A stretch of 64,000 nucleotides of DNA from Sphyrna mokarran. Its lineage: Eukaryota. The stretch covers positions 80,724,001 through 80,788,000 of the forward strand of contig JAGIQG010000002.1 of the NCBI GenBank assembly GCA_024679065.1, in the 5' to 3' direction. Made by a program: the position numbers and the translations under genes. The notes beneath the pieces were generated by a model. It worked only from the letters and a program-made list of their open reading frames with translations. It had not been told where the DNA came from and did not search any database. Shown piece after piece: positions 35,126 to 49,590 of this stretch. Within the stretch, counting starts at the first letter, position 1. Each line of letters begins with the position of its first letter.

Positions 35126-37129
35126 AGAGTTTTAAAAAGATAAAATGGCTTCCATCTAAGAATTCTGTGAAAAAATTGTCAAAGAATCTCAAATAGGTTT
35201 CCATTGTTTTGTGACACAGCAATGAGAAGACACAAGTGCATCAGCCATGCTAAATTCTCCTTCAGTGTACCCGAAGAGGCGCTGGAGTGTAACAACTAGG
35301 GAATTTTCACTGTAACTTCATTGCAGTGTTAATGTAAGCCTACTTGTGACTTTACAAAGAGAATTAAAGGAAAATGTTATTATGCAGAATGGTTAGAATA
35401 TGGATTTAATTTGCTTTTGATTTTGTTGAAACAGCTTCCATAAATTGTTTTAAAAGAAAGTGGATAATTGTTTGGTACAATGAATACTAAAAATTGTTGA
35501 AACAAGTTGGTTAAAGGGATTATTTTAGGTCACTCATATTATGGGATTGATCAAACTATCTTTTCCTGGACTGGGGCATTCTGTAAACCTGTTGTTAAGG
35601 GAGATAATTTACTATTATGATTAAGTGTATTATATTATCATTAAATGAAGAAAATCTGCATATGTATGTTTAGTATCTACTGAACAAGTATATGAAGGTT
35701 CTTGCTTTAAAACTGGAGATTAGTTAACTGATTAGCATGTCAACCATTTTTCCCTAACCTCCTACTCATCCTATTCATGAGCTGTGCATGGCTTTAGTGA
35801 CATGATATTTCAGTGTGTACTCCTGATTTAAAAATACAAGCTAAAGAATAGTTGTAGTTTCAAGTTTGGGCCTCACTCAGAGCAACTCAATTCTTAAAGA
35901 AATAGAAGGATATGAGCAATGAGACAAACAAGTGATTAAAATGGGAGAAGGCTCATCACCCAACATGAGTCAGTTGGACTGAATGGCCTGTTTCTGTCTA
36001 TTGGCAGTACCTAAGAAAGAATGATTCCTACTACAATTCGCTTGTTGTTACTTGGGCAATAAATTCGCTGCGAACCCTATAAATTAGCTTCCGTATTAAT
36101 CTATATCCCAACAGCAATTCCTTTACTGTGAAATATTTTGGGATGTATTTTGCACTGTATGTTCTGTTTCCATCTCCTATGAGGCACCAGGGTTTAAATA
36201 AATACATGTTTGTTCTTTACCACGTCCATGGTGACATATTGAGAAAGTGAAAATGATTTGTGATTCTCATTTCACAATTTTTGGTGGTAGGTAAGATTGC
36301 TGGTATCATGATAATTTGCATCATTGATTATTCTCATTTCGAAAGAATCCCTTTCAATTATTAGAGCTGCATGACCAATTCCAATGAAGATTTTGTAATT
36401 CGCCACTTTCAGAATCTGAACTCACCCAGGAATTCTCACTGCTCTGCAGAATAAGCAACTGCTCTGTAACCAGCTTCTGAGAACTACTTAAATGTTAATA
36501 AGATAATATTGATAACTTGCTTTATCAAACTCTGTGAATATTTCACTTAAGTAAACAGCTGGCCCTGCATATAACTATTATACCCTGTCTCTGATACAAT
36601 CTGACCTTTGTGTGTAACCAGTGTATTAGTTAAACAAACTTAACATATTCACCTACTATAGGAGTAGATCCAATATTTATGTTAGGTGGGGCAAGTACTA
36701 TGGAAACGAATGAAAGTAACATGACATAAATTAATGCACTTTGTCCATTCAACTAAAACAACGCTCCGTTGTAAAATAATAAAACATGACTCCTATTTAC
36801 TAATTCCATTAACTTTTTGTTCCATTGGTCAAAATATTTCAAATTTATCAAATAGCTTTATTCAGGAAAAGGATTTGACCATAATCAGAAAATAATAAGT
36901 GGAAGGGGGAAAGGTCATTTATGATATGAATGGAAAGGCAAGGTAGAAGAGTTTTAAACAGGTACTTCATAAAGTGAAAAGCCGCCTGTACTTCTTTCAT
37001 AAAAAGGAAAACTTGCATTTATATAATGGCCTTCATAACCTCACAGTGCATTAGAGCCACTTAAGTATATTTTGAACTGTAGTCCCTGTTGTAATGTTCT
37101 GAGTGATCATGGAGAAAAGACTTCAAGTA

Positions 37130-37800
37130 GGAGTAATCATTTCTTATGCAAAGGAAGATGATTATGATTGAACAACGTTAACCATTGCAGTCCCAGGACA
37201 TCATTGCTGCAGTTCTTCAGCATACTGCCTTTAGCTGTTTCTCCAAGCACATGGCACCCATTTATAAGTCAGGATGAGGGTTGTTTGCTTTTTTTTAAGA
37301 TATATTCACAACTCTTCTTATCTTGAAGTGGCACAGGCCAGCTGAGAGCAGACCATGGGTGATACCCAATGTTGATCTGATGACTGGTAAAATCCATACA
37401 TGGTAAAGTTCATACCATGTATAGCCCAGACAGTGTCTATCTTGATAGAAAAATTATGTGAATCACTCCATTGATTTTCAATGGCACCATCATTGCAGAG
37501 CTGCACACCAACAATATTCAATGGGCCACCTGACCAAACAATTAACTAGACAAGTCCTACTAACAATAAATTTATAATAACACTGCAAAGGTTGGATAGT
37601 CTGCAATAAGTAATCTCATCTTGAGCCCTCAAAGTTTTTCACTATCTGCAGGGTTCATGCCAGAAGTGTGATTGTGGGAGCAATTGCAATAACATTCAAG
37701 AAGTTCAACAACATCCAGAACAGAGCAATCAGGTAAATTGGAGCCTTTGTTGTCAGTCTCAATATCCATTGGCTACCTTACCAGCAAATTGTGACTACAA
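37130..37800 (+). mobile_element. Decayed CR1/L2-group LINE RT fragment
   Basis: Same family as 39785-40150 and 3130-3560. Confidence 0.55.
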
Positions 37801-38044
37801 GATCTGTGATTTACAACATGAATTTGCCTTCTATGATGATTTCAGGGACTTGCCAAATCAATATCTTAAAGGTATTATATGTTATATATTTTGTATGTTA
37901 TATGATCCATCTCATGTTTTATGCAATCTTGCTTTGTGCAGATTTGCCAGTTAATTCTTAACACATCACAGGAGGCAGCCAGTTTTGGTAGCAGTTTCAC
38001 ATTAAGTAGGTGAAGTAATGACAATAAATATTGCAGAAAAGATA

Positions 38045-38860
38045 CTGCAGCAAATATATTGCCAAAGCTTTTGATCTTGCACTCATCTTACACTCAGGAC
38101 AAAAGCAAGCATGTCAAATTTCAAACGATCACAAGAGTTGAAATCAGAGGAGAAAAGGAATGTTGTTTGATGACAAAGTTGACTTTAAACAGCTGAGGCA
38201 TTACAATGGAGAAAGCAATGGGAAACTGTAGGTTCCCCGTGCTTCTGGGTAATTCAAAAAAGTCAGAAGCTTGAACACATTCCTTTTGTTTGCAGAGAAT
38301 GCATCCATGATTATGACTATACGTAGACTCTAGCAAGCATTAATGAGCCATGTTATGAGCATGACTGATTTTCTTAAATTGGTTGTCAGTGTAGTTACTG
38401 GCACATTCAGGGTTTGTTCAATAAGTGCTGTCCAATCGCAGAATCACACCTAACAGTAGACATTTTGTTTTGTGTTTTGCAAGCACAGGCTGGTTGAGTA
38501 CAGTCTGTATTCTGCCTATTCTAAACGGCCAGAGGAACATGTAGTTTGATCTGATCAGCTAATTATTAGGACATATGTACTCGTATTGGCACTGGAATTT
38601 ATATATAAAATTTCTCAATAGTGTGGTAGGAAGAACTTTTTTGCTAGGATTATCCACAACCTATTTATTGATAGTGACGCCTTGTTAAAGAGGAACCTCG
38701 AAGCAAAGAGTCTGGGAATGTCTGGAATACAAGATATACTACAACCACTCACCAAGTTCAGTTTAACAGTACTTCCCTTCCATGAGACGTTTACCATTAA
38801 GAAGAATTCAGTACTAAGATGTTGAACTGAATCATGTGCAAGTGCCTTGCCAATCCCACT
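38045..38860 (-). mobile_element. Decayed Penelope-like element (GIY-YIG endonuclease region)
   Basis: NFIYKFQCQ..Y followed by the IKxHVP and CDSAIGQHL motifs on the minus strand. Confidence 0.65.
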
Positions 38861-38949
38861 TTATCCTAATTTGGATAATTTGCAAAACTAAGGTAGTCAG
38901 CATGTCTTGTGCTCCCGTGTAAGAGACCAAATAAACATGTAGCAGAGTT

Positions 38950-39130
38950 ATAGAATTATAGATTCTCATAGTGCAGAAGAGGCCATTCAACTCATCAAGT
39001 CTAAATTGATGCTGCTACAGAGTATCTTACTCAGACTCTCTCTCCCACTCTATCCCTGTAACCCCACACATTTACCATGGCTAATCCATCTAACCTGCAT
39101 ATCTTAGGGCATGAAGGGACAATTTAGCAT
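38950..39130 (-). mobile_element. HE1-type SINE 3' half
   Basis: gtgcagaagaggccattcaactcatc tail; gctaatccatctaacctgcatatc. Confidence 0.7.
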
Positions 39131-39784
39131 AATGTGTATTAATGATCCTCTAATATCAAGAAGGTTTTCAGGACCATTCTCTAAAATAAATATGTGTACT
39201 AATGTATATTTGGGGGCACTGTACTTGTGTCAAATGGATTATGAAAAATGACAATTTCAGCAAGGAGTAAAGTGCATCATCTTGAATGGGTCTACTCGCT
39301 AGAGTGTATATAAATTATTCCATTATCTCTGTTACTTCTTCAGGTTTTTCTGTGGCCGTAGGACAGAAGTGGGTAGAGAGTAGAGATTTGTCTGTGGTGT
39401 TTTTTAGGGTGTGAAGTCACAGCGCTAGGTGGAGTGAAATTCCACTAGAGACTGTGGAGTATGTTTATGTCATTCTGTGTAATGTCTCTACATTTATTGC
39501 TCTTGGGGAACAGTTGTTACCTCTGTGACTACGTTCTGTAGTTTAAAATGTGTACCCAACAAGCCTTCGTTATCTCATGTTTTAAAGATAAGGAAAAATA
39601 GCCCTAACATCTGTTATTTGCTAAAGATAAAAAATGATGAGCAATCACACAAAAATAATGGTACGGGAAGGAATCATCAAGATAGTTTTTCTAATTTTTT
39701 GAAAAATGCAATACACTTTAAAGATAGCTTCATAAATTCATAATTTTGATGTGGAATTTTACCCAAAACTGAGTGTGGCATCAG

Positions 39785-40150
39785 TGAGCCTTCGCAAAAT
39801 TGAAGTCAATAGAAATCAGAGAGAAAAATCTCCACTGGTTGGAGTCATACCTGACACTAAGGAAGATGATAGTGGTGGTTGGAAGTCAATCATCTCAGCT
39901 CTAGGGCATCACTGCTGAAGCCCCTCAGGGTAGTGTTCTAGGACCCATGATCTTCAGCTGCTTTATCAATGAGCTTCCCTGCATCCTAAGGTTAAAAGTG
40001 GGGATATTTGTGGATGATTGAACAATGTTCAGCACCATTTGCAGCTCCTCAGAGACTGAAGTAATCCATGTTCATGTGCAACAAGACCTGGACAATATCC
40101 AAGTTTGGGAAAGAAACATTTGTACCACATAAATGCCAAACAATGATCAA
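39785..40150 (+). mobile_element. CR1/L2-group LINE RT fragment
   Basis: LHWLESYL..PQGSVLGPMIFSCFINELP..IFVDD. Confidence 0.85.
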
Positions 40151-40154
40151 ACTA

Positions 40155-40527
40155 GATATTATGAGGAAGGATGTTCTTGTTCTCAAGGGAGTGCAGTATA
40201 GGTTTACCAGGCGGATCCTGGGGATGGCGGGACTGATGTATGAGGAGAGATTGATTAGGTTAGGATTGTTTTTGCTGGAGTTCAGATGAATGAAAGGGGA
40301 TCTCATAGAGATTTATAAAATTCTAACAGGACTAGACAGAAAGGATATTCCGGATGGTGGGGGAGTCCAGAACCAGGGATCGCAGTCTGAGGATTCAGGG
40401 TAGATCTTTTAGTCTGGATATGAGGAGACATTTCTTCACCCAAAGAGTGGTGAGCCCCTGGAATTCATTTTCACAGGAAGTAGTTGATGCCAAAACATTG
40501 AATCTATTCAAGAGGCAGCTGGATTTC
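40155..40527 (+). mobile_element. CR1 LINE ORF2 C-terminal fragment
   Basis: GVQYRFTRRI..YEERLIRLGLF; RRHFFTQRVVSPWNS. Confidence 0.88.
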
Positions 40528-40539
40528 GCAAGACAGATA

Positions 40540-41429
40540 TCCTGGAGTGAGACCTCTACTGTGCTCACCATCCACCAAGTGTTGACTTTGGTTCGTTTGT
40601 CTATCAGCGCTATCACCTTGGACTGAGGGCAGATGGACTCTTCACTCATGTGTTTCAATCTTGGAACTGTAGCAGATGCCCCTTCCCAATGCTCCCAAAT
40701 CTGTCTTTGCAGCTCCAGCAACTAAGGCATGACTGGATCTGAAGCCTCCTCACCTAACTCAGTCTCAGCAGCTTCCTGGCTTCCAGCAATGCTCTGAGTG
40801 CCAGCACCCTGGGCTGTCCCAATCTCCACCTGCTATGGGTCAGACAGAGCAACGTATTCACCAGATTGTGACACCAAAATTACTCTACAACTAGGTCCCA
40901 TCAAGCAGTGCATCTCTGCACCGTTGAAGGCTGTGGGCAAACATTGTGATGAGCCAATTATATCTGTGTCTGCGTATTCCTCTTCAATGGTGTTCTCAGA
41001 ACTGGAGTCAAAGATTTGGCTCAAAACCTACTCCCCCCGCCCCCCATTCCCCTACCCCACCATGCCAACTTCTCTGATGTACCTGTGAATGAGAGAAGAA
41101 GTCATTAGTGCATGGCAGGAAACAGGAGACATTACTCACAGTATGATGATCTGCTGCTTGTTGCAGTGTTGGATCCTCCTTTGAGTGAGTGACACCATCC
41201 TTGCTGGCTACCTGAATCGCTCAGTCATCATATTGTGAGAGGACCTTCATGCAACCCTTCATGAGTCTGGGACTGCTCCCTTTTGTTGTGTGCCAGTTTG
41301 TCCTGTGTGAAGACAGATGGAGAGAGTGAAAGCAGACATGTGCGAGGGCAGATGATAAAGATACCTGGCACTTGTAGATACTGAGACAAGCCATGAATGG
41401 GATGTGGACAAGACTCGCAGGGGAGTCAG

Positions 41430-41474
<45 letters not shown>

Positions 41475-41950
41475 TGTGTGTGTGTGTGTGTGTGCTGGGC
41501 GGGAGTGAGTGATGTGTTCTTTGAACTGGCAGTGAGTGAGATTCCTTGGAATATGTGACAGGTTTGCAACTGGGTGAGTTAGAGTGATGAGAAGAGTGAC
41601 TTACCCTGGCAAAACAGAGATCATTTATACTTTTTGGCATTGGATGGCTGTCCTTTCTTTGAGATGGTTGGTGCTGATCACCACTGTCACTACCTCCCAT
41701 GCTGGATTGTGGTCTTTGCTCAGAGAGTGGGTAGAGGCCATTGTGGTGAGCCTCCACTATGTCCCAGTAGGCAATCAAAAGGAGGCATCACTGAATTTAA
41801 GGGGCAGCATGTTTCTTGGTTTGGTAACCATAAATTCACAGTGGCTTTCTATTCCTTGAAGAGTGCTTTGTGCCGGGCTACCTCTAAATACGGTGCCCGG
41901 ATTAATAAATCTCTGAGGCAAATCCGAGGCGGCTCTCTACCAGTAATATG
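40540..41950 (-). mobile_element. Harbinger Myb/SANT (trihelix) gene remnant with retained introns
   Basis: DIVEAH..LYP..PAWEVVTVVIST..ERTAIQCQK..NDL..AR|gtaagt (41605); cag|DKLAHNKREQSQT (41302-41140)|gtgagt; next acceptor at 41083. Frameshifts and stops are present. Confidence 0.75.
41430..41494 (+). repeat. Compound (TG)n/(TGCG)n microsatellite
   Basis: Directly visible. Confidence 0.97.
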
Positions 41951-43628
41951 ATGTGAAATTCTGTTTATTTTTTGCACTAATTGCCACACAGTGCAGCAGA
42001 AGAACTCATTATTGGCATTGGCAGATTCAACATCAAACATTGTTGATTTCCTCGTCCAACATCAGACATTGTCGATTACTGGGATGATTCTGTCCAATAT
42101 TCATTTTAAGGGAAGAATCATTCTGTTATAGAACTAACACCACACATTCTAATACAAACAGAAACTCTTTCCATCAAGGAACCGATTAAAGTAGCTAATT
42201 TTCTCTTTGGGATTTAATGCAATGACCAGACATAATTCTGATGTTCAGATATTTAATGAAACTCCAGGACTTTTTGGGATGACTTAATGCTTTATATAAC
42301 TCAGTGATAAGTTTTCCTGCTGTTAATATTTGGGAAAAGCTTGTTTCTAAGGTAGTTTTTTTTTGCTCTCTAGCCCAGATGCTTGAGTAGTTTTAGTGCC
42401 TCTACAAATATAGGGTTGTCTGAATTTGGTGACCAGATCACTTCATGGCCTATTATTGTTATTGTATCTTCGCGCCCGTATTGTTTTTTTACCCTTTGGG
42501 GAATAGTTGGGGAGTAACGGAAGAAATTCCAAGCTGATTATCAGCCCATTGAACGCTCTTCCTTGGCAACAAGTTCTTGTCTTGGACTTGAACCTGGAGA
42601 TCTTGATTCAATGGCAGGGGGCCACTGCTGCACATCAAGGCTTCCGTCCACGGCCTGTGAAATGAAGTGATTAAGTTGTCTCCTGCTGCGTCTTGCAGAG
42701 AAACCAGAAATGCTCACCCTCAGTGCCGGGTCCCTGTGCCTAATCTGACAAGAACGCCTGCAACTAACTTCCAGCATAGGTCTGGCACAACCATCGATCA
42801 TAATGGTCAGTTGCAGCCACAAGCCTCCCTTCACCACCTTACTGCAATGTTGGCCCAGGAAGATTAGGATGCCTCTTTAATTACGACCCACTGTCTTTGT
42901 GTTAGCAAATAGAGTTGATGAACTGCACCATCAATTTTTTGCAGATTCATGCCTCTACCTGAATTTTCTTGCTCTTCACTGTCAGCCTAAGCTTCTTAGT
43001 TGTCTTCCCCCTCAATAGGTTGTCAACAGGTGCGGAATAAATTTTTGCAAAGCTTTCAGAATGTTTGACTCCCATTCAAATACTGTTTTGATTATCTGCT
43101 TTAACTTTCTGCTTTCTCCATTAATGTTCCCTTCATATCTGTCAACATCAGCACTGAAGTTTCATCAATGAACTGCCCTATGAAAATTGTTGAAGAAAAC
43201 ATACTTCCATTTTAAACCCATCTATCAACTCTAACTTGTACCTATATCAGATAACCTAGGCCACTAAGTTTCTTTCAAAGAATACTTGACACAATGAAGG
43301 AAGTGACTCAACATTGAAGTTTCCAATAATAGAAGTGTTTGGAGAATTTAAGTTAATAATATCAGACATTTCCCCACTCTAATAAGTCACAGAACAAAAT
43401 AAAGGATTTCTTAAAAAAGCAATGATGATATTTTGTACCACTGTATGTGCTTAACCTGAAAGATAACATCAAGATTCTTTGCACTCATCGTATGAGTACC
43501 ATCATTCAGAGTAAACAGAAGAAGAACCTTACAAGTGTTAATCCTTAGAGTACTGGCAACTTCCAGATCATTCCTGTTTCTAGAGTTGGATCTTTTTTAA
43601 CCGATATTTAATACAAAAAAATGTACAT

Positions 43629-44222
43629 GGGCCTGGATTTAACAGCCAGTAATGAAGGAACATTGCTTGCCATTCATCACAATTACAGCTGCCCCTTAAC
43701 TTGTGAGCTTTTAGCAGCAGTTTATGGTACTGTGATCATTTCCAGTGTGGTACCGTTTTCAGAAGATTTGGGTTGGGATTTCACATAGAGACCATGTCTC
43801 TGCCAAATAGCTTGAAAGTCAGAGTCTTGTCTGCCTGGAAGCCATGATTTTATTTGGCATGGTTTCAGCAATTAATTCTAGCATTTTCTGTTTTTATTTG
43901 AGGTAAATGGGGTTGGGGTTTACTGTTGCCAGTCAGGCTGGTCCTGGTGAGGGACGAGATAGTGTTGTGGGTAATAGGTTGCTTGTTAAGGTTGTGGGAG
44001 TAGTGCAAAGGTGGCCTGTGCTGAGGAGACATCTAAAGAAGCTGCTAGGTTTTACTGGGTGTTATCCTCAAACTGACCCTGCAACCCCCTGCCCCATTGC
44101 CAATAAAATATTGATACCAGTGGGAAAAGACCCTGTGGCAAAAAAATTGGGTATTAATTCATTTTGCCTAAGGATGGGTGGGCCATTCTCCGTGTCACTC
44201 CAAATCACTGGTAAAACATCGT
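43629..44222. mobile_element. Non-autonomous TIR element
   Basis: gggcctggatttaacagccagt ... cactggtaaaacatc; imperfect inverted termini. Confidence 0.45.
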
Positions 44223-44324
44223 ATCAGCAAAAGCAGTAAGTTGAGGGAGAGTTGGGGGTGGGGGGGTGTCACAATACTCTTGTCATCCCATCAGATTTTA
44301 TGTCCATTTATTTAGTAGCCCAAA

Positions 44325-45514
44325 TTTGATGGTGTTTTTTGAAAGGATAACCAAGAAGTTGATGAGGGCAGTGTGGTTGATGTTGTCCACATAGACTTTA
44401 ACAAGGCCTTTGACAAGGTACTGCATGGTAGGTTGTTGCACAAGGTTAAATCTCATGGGATCCAAGGTGAGGTAGCTAAATGGATACAAAATTGGCTTGA
44501 TGACAAAAGCCAGAGGGTGGTTGTAGAGGGTTGTGGTCAGTGGTCTGCCTCAGGGAACAGTGCTGGGTTCACTGTTATTTGTCATTGATATTAATGATTT
44601 GGATGAGAATATAGGAGGCATGGTTAATAAGTGCAGATGACACCAAGATTGGTGGCATAGTAGACAGGAAGAAGGTTATCTTAGACAGCAACAGGATATT
44701 GATCAATTGGGTCAGTGGACTGACGAATGGCATACTGAGTTTAATTTAGATAAATGCGAGGTGATGCATTTTGGTAGATTAAACCAGGGCAAGACTTATT
44801 CAGTTAATGGTAAGAAGTTGGGGAGAGTTATAGAGCAAAGAGATCTGGTGGTATATGTTCATAGCTCCTTGAAAGTGGAGTCACAGGTGAACAGAGTGAT
44901 GAAGAAGGCATGCTTGGTTTCATTGGTCAGAACATTGAATATAGGAGTTGAGATGTCTTGTTGAAGTTGGTTAAGGCCACACTTTGAATAGTGTGTAAGT
45001 TCTGGTTCTATTATAGAAAGGATATTATCAAACTAGAAAGAGTGCAGGAAAGATTTACTAGAATGCTACTGGGATTTGATGGTTTGGTTTATAAGGAATG
45101 GTTGAATAGACTGGGCTTTTTTCTCTGGAGCATCGTAGGCTGAAGGAGTAATCTTATAGAGGTCTATAAAATAATGATAGTCAATATAATTTTCCAAAAG
45201 TAGTGGAGTCTAAAATTAGAGGACATAGGTTTAAAGTGAGAGAAGAGATAAAAAATATCCAGAGAGGCAATTTTTTCACACAGAGGATGATGAGTGTCTG
45301 TAACAAACTGTCAGCAGTAATAGTAGAGTCAGGTACAATTTTGTCTTTTAAAAAGCATTTAGACTGTTACATGGCTAAGATGGGTATAGAGGGATATGGG
45401 CCAAAAGCGGGCAACTGGGGACTTGCTTAGGAATTTAAAAAAAGAAGAGCGGTATGGATAAGTTGGGCCGAAGGGCCCGTTTCCATGTTGTAAACCTCTA
45501 TGACTCTATGACTC
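44325..45514 (+). mobile_element. 5'-truncated CR1 LINE (RT to 3' tail)
   Basis: VDVVHIDFNKAFDKVLHGRLL, FNLDKCEVMHFG, RGNFFTQR; ggccgaagggcc hairpin and (ctatgact)2 tail; frameshifted. Confidence 0.95.
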
Positions 45515-47849
45515 CATTCCCGGGGCTGTGGTTGGACAAACATTGTGCACGATTGGTCTGAGTTAATCCAGTGGTGTTGGTTGAGGCATAAATACCAGAT
45601 CCTAACTACAGGAATATTTCAGCAACAAATGCTATATTAGAGTCAGGGTTATAGATATTCTGTTCACTAATGTAGCACAGCCTATCTTGCCTGAATTTAA
45701 ATATATGGTATGTTTAACTTAAGTTCTCCAAACATTTCTAATATTAAAAACTTCAACAACAAAACATTGTTATTAGGTAGGTATTTTCAGAAAATGACAT
45801 TTTGGGGTATGGTATTTGAGGCACGACGTGTGGTAATAAGCTCGGGAAGGACAGGTAATCATTGGTCCATGGTTCCTATGGCTTCCCACTGGACCATGAC
45901 TTGGTTTGTTGTAGACTAATTGAGATTAATCACTATGATTAGTCAACAACTACATTATAATATTATCATGTGACTAACGCATTTGGTAAGAAGCAAACAA
46001 GACAGTTCTTGAAACAAAAGCGGAAAATGCTGGAAAACCTCAGCAGGTCTAACAGCACCTGTGGAAGAAATGGAGCCAGCATTTTGAGTCAGGATGATCC
46101 TTCATCAGAACTGAAGACAAAGTGAATAAGATATAAGTTGTACTGTCCTGGGAGGATTCGAAACATGAGAGTGGAACTTCAGTTAGAATCCAGGTGGGGT
46201 AAGTTGAGATAGAGACAATCACTGAGGAAGGAAATATGGTTGTGAAAGCAAGTTTTGGTAAACACCTCACTGAATACCAGAAGGGAAATGGAAAGCAATG
46301 AAAGTATACAGGGCGAAAGAGACACTTCTTCATGGTATACATTCCTGGAAGAGAAGTAGCAATGAGTTAAACACTAAGATAAAAGCAGAATACAGTGGAT
46401 GCTAGAATTTGAAATAAAAACAAAAATGCTTGAAAATTCCAGCAGGTCTGACAGCACTTGTAGTGAGAGAATAGAGTCAACTTTGTCATTAGCTCTGACA
46501 AAGAACATAGGATCCTTATACATTGGTTCAACAACTAGGCACAAAATAATGCACCATTAATTATTATACAGAGTCAAAACAGAAAATCAGGACGATGTCT
46601 ATTCATCATTAATTGTATGTTACATTCTGGAATTTGGCTGTCCTTGACCCTAGAAGTATGCTTTAGAACTTTAGTTGACACTTCTTCTCATGGAACTAAT
46701 TGTGCATCATTTTCATGTGGTTTAGTAGCATGCAGACAATTATCAGGCAACTCAGATTCAATTAAGTCTTTCATAAAAATATTTACAACACCAGGGACTA
46801 AAGAAGTTGATGCTTCTGGAGATGGTTGTGAGAAATCATTTTGAGATGACAATTAGTCAGCATGGCATTGTCAAACTACTTTTTCTTCAGTTTGAACCAT
46901 ATCAGAAATTTCACCTGTTTTTGCTAAAACTGTGGCTCGTCCTCATTTCTCACTCGTGGCATAATTACTCATTAGCACTCAATTTTCTTATTGAAATTAG
47001 TGTTGTTTTGTCCTCATTTTTCATTTGTCAATTTGTGATTGCTATTGATGCTCTACTATCTCTGAAGTTTTCGGAGGTAATAACAAATCAGGTGAACTTT
47101 AGGTTGCATGAGTAGTATTTCTATAAGATGACAAACAGCTATTCACACAAATGATAAAACGTTTTCACTTGAAGTTTTTAAAGAATATTTCAAAGATTGT
47201 AAGAATCTTTTAGCTAATCCATTGGTCAGTAGATGCTAAGGCATCTTACAGGCATTTTATATGCTGAATACAACTTAATTGAGATAATTCTCAAATACTT
47301 ATGAAGTAAACTGTGAACAATTACCATTAATAATTTGTTCTGGTTTTCCAAATCTTGCAAAAATTTCCCCAAAATTTTCAGTAGTTTGTTCAATTGTAAT
47401 AGTGCTCATGAAAACACTTGTGATAACTTTGAGTGTACATAAATCATGCCCATGAACACATAACCCTCAAATGGACCAGCAAGATTTATATGCAATCATT
47501 GCCATGGCATTTTAGGTCCCAAAGGTGTAAAGGAGCCAAGAGTGGTATCTTTTTTATTCATGCACAATGTTGACAGTATCCCACTTCTTCTCCAATCTGA
47601 GTATTCATAACCAGCCACCAAAAATAAACATGTGTTAATTCTTTCAAACAGGTTACACCAGAATGTCCTTCATGTAGTTGTTCAAGGACTTTTCAACGTA
47701 GACTAAGAGGAATGATTACTCAGATTCTCCATAATAGACACCCAGTTTGGAAAATCCATTCAAGCTCCTTTGACACATATGGTTTAAATCAGAGTCTGGA
47801 TATGTGTTCCAGCTATCGTTCTTTACAAAACAACATCATCACCTTCCCC

Positions 47850-49590
47850 ATCGTGGGATCATTTCTGATATGTCTCAGAACTTGAGAAGCTGTCACAGGC
47901 AAATGATCTACTAGCGAAAAATAAAAAATACTAACAAAACTAGTTGGTAGCATCTGCTCAGTAAGTAAAGTTAAGTGCGACAGTGCATCAGCATTAGCAT
48001 TGCAGTCCTACTGATAATATCTTATATTGTAGGAGTATGCAGATAAGAATGATGACCATGTTTGCAATTGGCTTGCAGCTAATGATGGCCTTTACATAGC
48101 CCAAAAATAATAGTTAAACATCAATAATCAGTCAAAAGTATGAAATAATGATGAAATCTTTGCACACCAAAAATTTTACTCAATTTTTTCTTTTTGTAGC
48201 TGAGCATTGTTAGATTCAGCATTAGTCAGAGTGTACAAAGCAAAAGCTATTCATCATTCTTCATCCAAAGGTATATATAAAGTTATTACCCCTACTCCAT
48301 ATGGTGGTGTCATAAAGTACTGGAAGTTTGAGATTAAAATAAAAGACTTCTGCAAAGCATCTTTGATGTCTTTGTATGCTTTGTCTCATTCTGTTGACCA
48401 ATCCCAAGACTAGTTCACACATAATAAATTATGCAATGGCTCCAATAAGATAGCTAAGTTAGGAACAGGTTTGCCATAATAAGTCCTAAAAGGGACTTCA
48501 AATGCATTACGTTTTTTGGACATGGTGCTTCCAGAGTAGTTTCCATCTTTTTAGGTGCTTTATGTAGGCCTTTATTATCAATAACATGGTACAAATACTG
48601 GACTGAGGTAAAAGAAATCACAATTTTCTTTCTTGATATGCAGACCATGTGCTTGAAAATGTTTCAGTGTTGCTTTTAAGTTATTCAAGAACTGTTGTTC
48701 ATAGGATCCTGTAATTGGAATATAATTCAGGTGACAGTGTACACCAGAGAGACCATTTAAAGTCTGAACCCTCAATCTATGGAATGGAGCTGCTATGGTT
48801 GTAAATCCAAAAAGTAATTTTTTATAGTGAAAAAGAGCTGTATGAGAATGGTTGAAATTCAGTGTCTATATTAATCTGTAAATATGCTTATGAAAGATCA
48901 ATTTTGCTCAGTTTCTGCCCATCTGATAATCCAGCAAACAAATCTTCAATTAAAGGAAGCAGATACTGATCAACAAACAACACTGGATTTATTGTTATTT
49001 TAAAATCATCACAAATACAAATCGAACCACCTGATTTCATGATAGATACAATGAGAGAGACTAATCACTCATTATAGCGAGACCCAACATACCAGTGTTA
49101 TCAAGTCCCTATTCATTCTTCCTCCATCTTGGGATGAATTGCGTATGCTACTGCTCTTGCTTTGAGATTTTTTGGTTGACTCTTCGGCTTTATCTTGAGT
49201 TTCGCTTGAACTACTTCATTCAGCCAAGTGACTTCAAGTATACTCTTGTATTTATCCAGAAGGTGCTGTAGGTCTGTTTTGACATTGACCAATCTGTTGA
49301 CAGCGCTCCAGTTTATCTTCTCCAACCATGATCTCCCAGATTGAGCTGGAAAATTACAGTGGACCACATTGAGAGACAACTCCACTGTTTGTTCACTAAA
49401 GTTTAAGGTGGCCATGATGTAATCTTTTAATGGCACAATCTCTTCTGTGTATGCCCTTTAAAGTCATATCAGCTGGTTCTAAAGGAAGATGCTTCAATTT
49501 TTCTTGGTATGTGGTCTCAGGAATTAAAAATACAGCTATCAACCGCCATCTGAATAGTTTGTCCACTTAACTTTGAAATCACCTAGAATC
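47850..49590 (-). mobile_element. Decayed Gypsy pol (protease/RT/RNase H)
   Basis: KARAVAYAIHPKMEEE, HGLHIKKENCDFF, SVQYLYHVIDNKGLH, APCPKNVMHLKSLLGL, IFGVQRFHHYF and NANADAL motifs. Confidence 0.88.

Noticed and set aside
41221-41778. 185-aa ORF with HT repeats
   Set aside because: Artefact of reading through a Harbinger Myb relic and the CA microsatellite.
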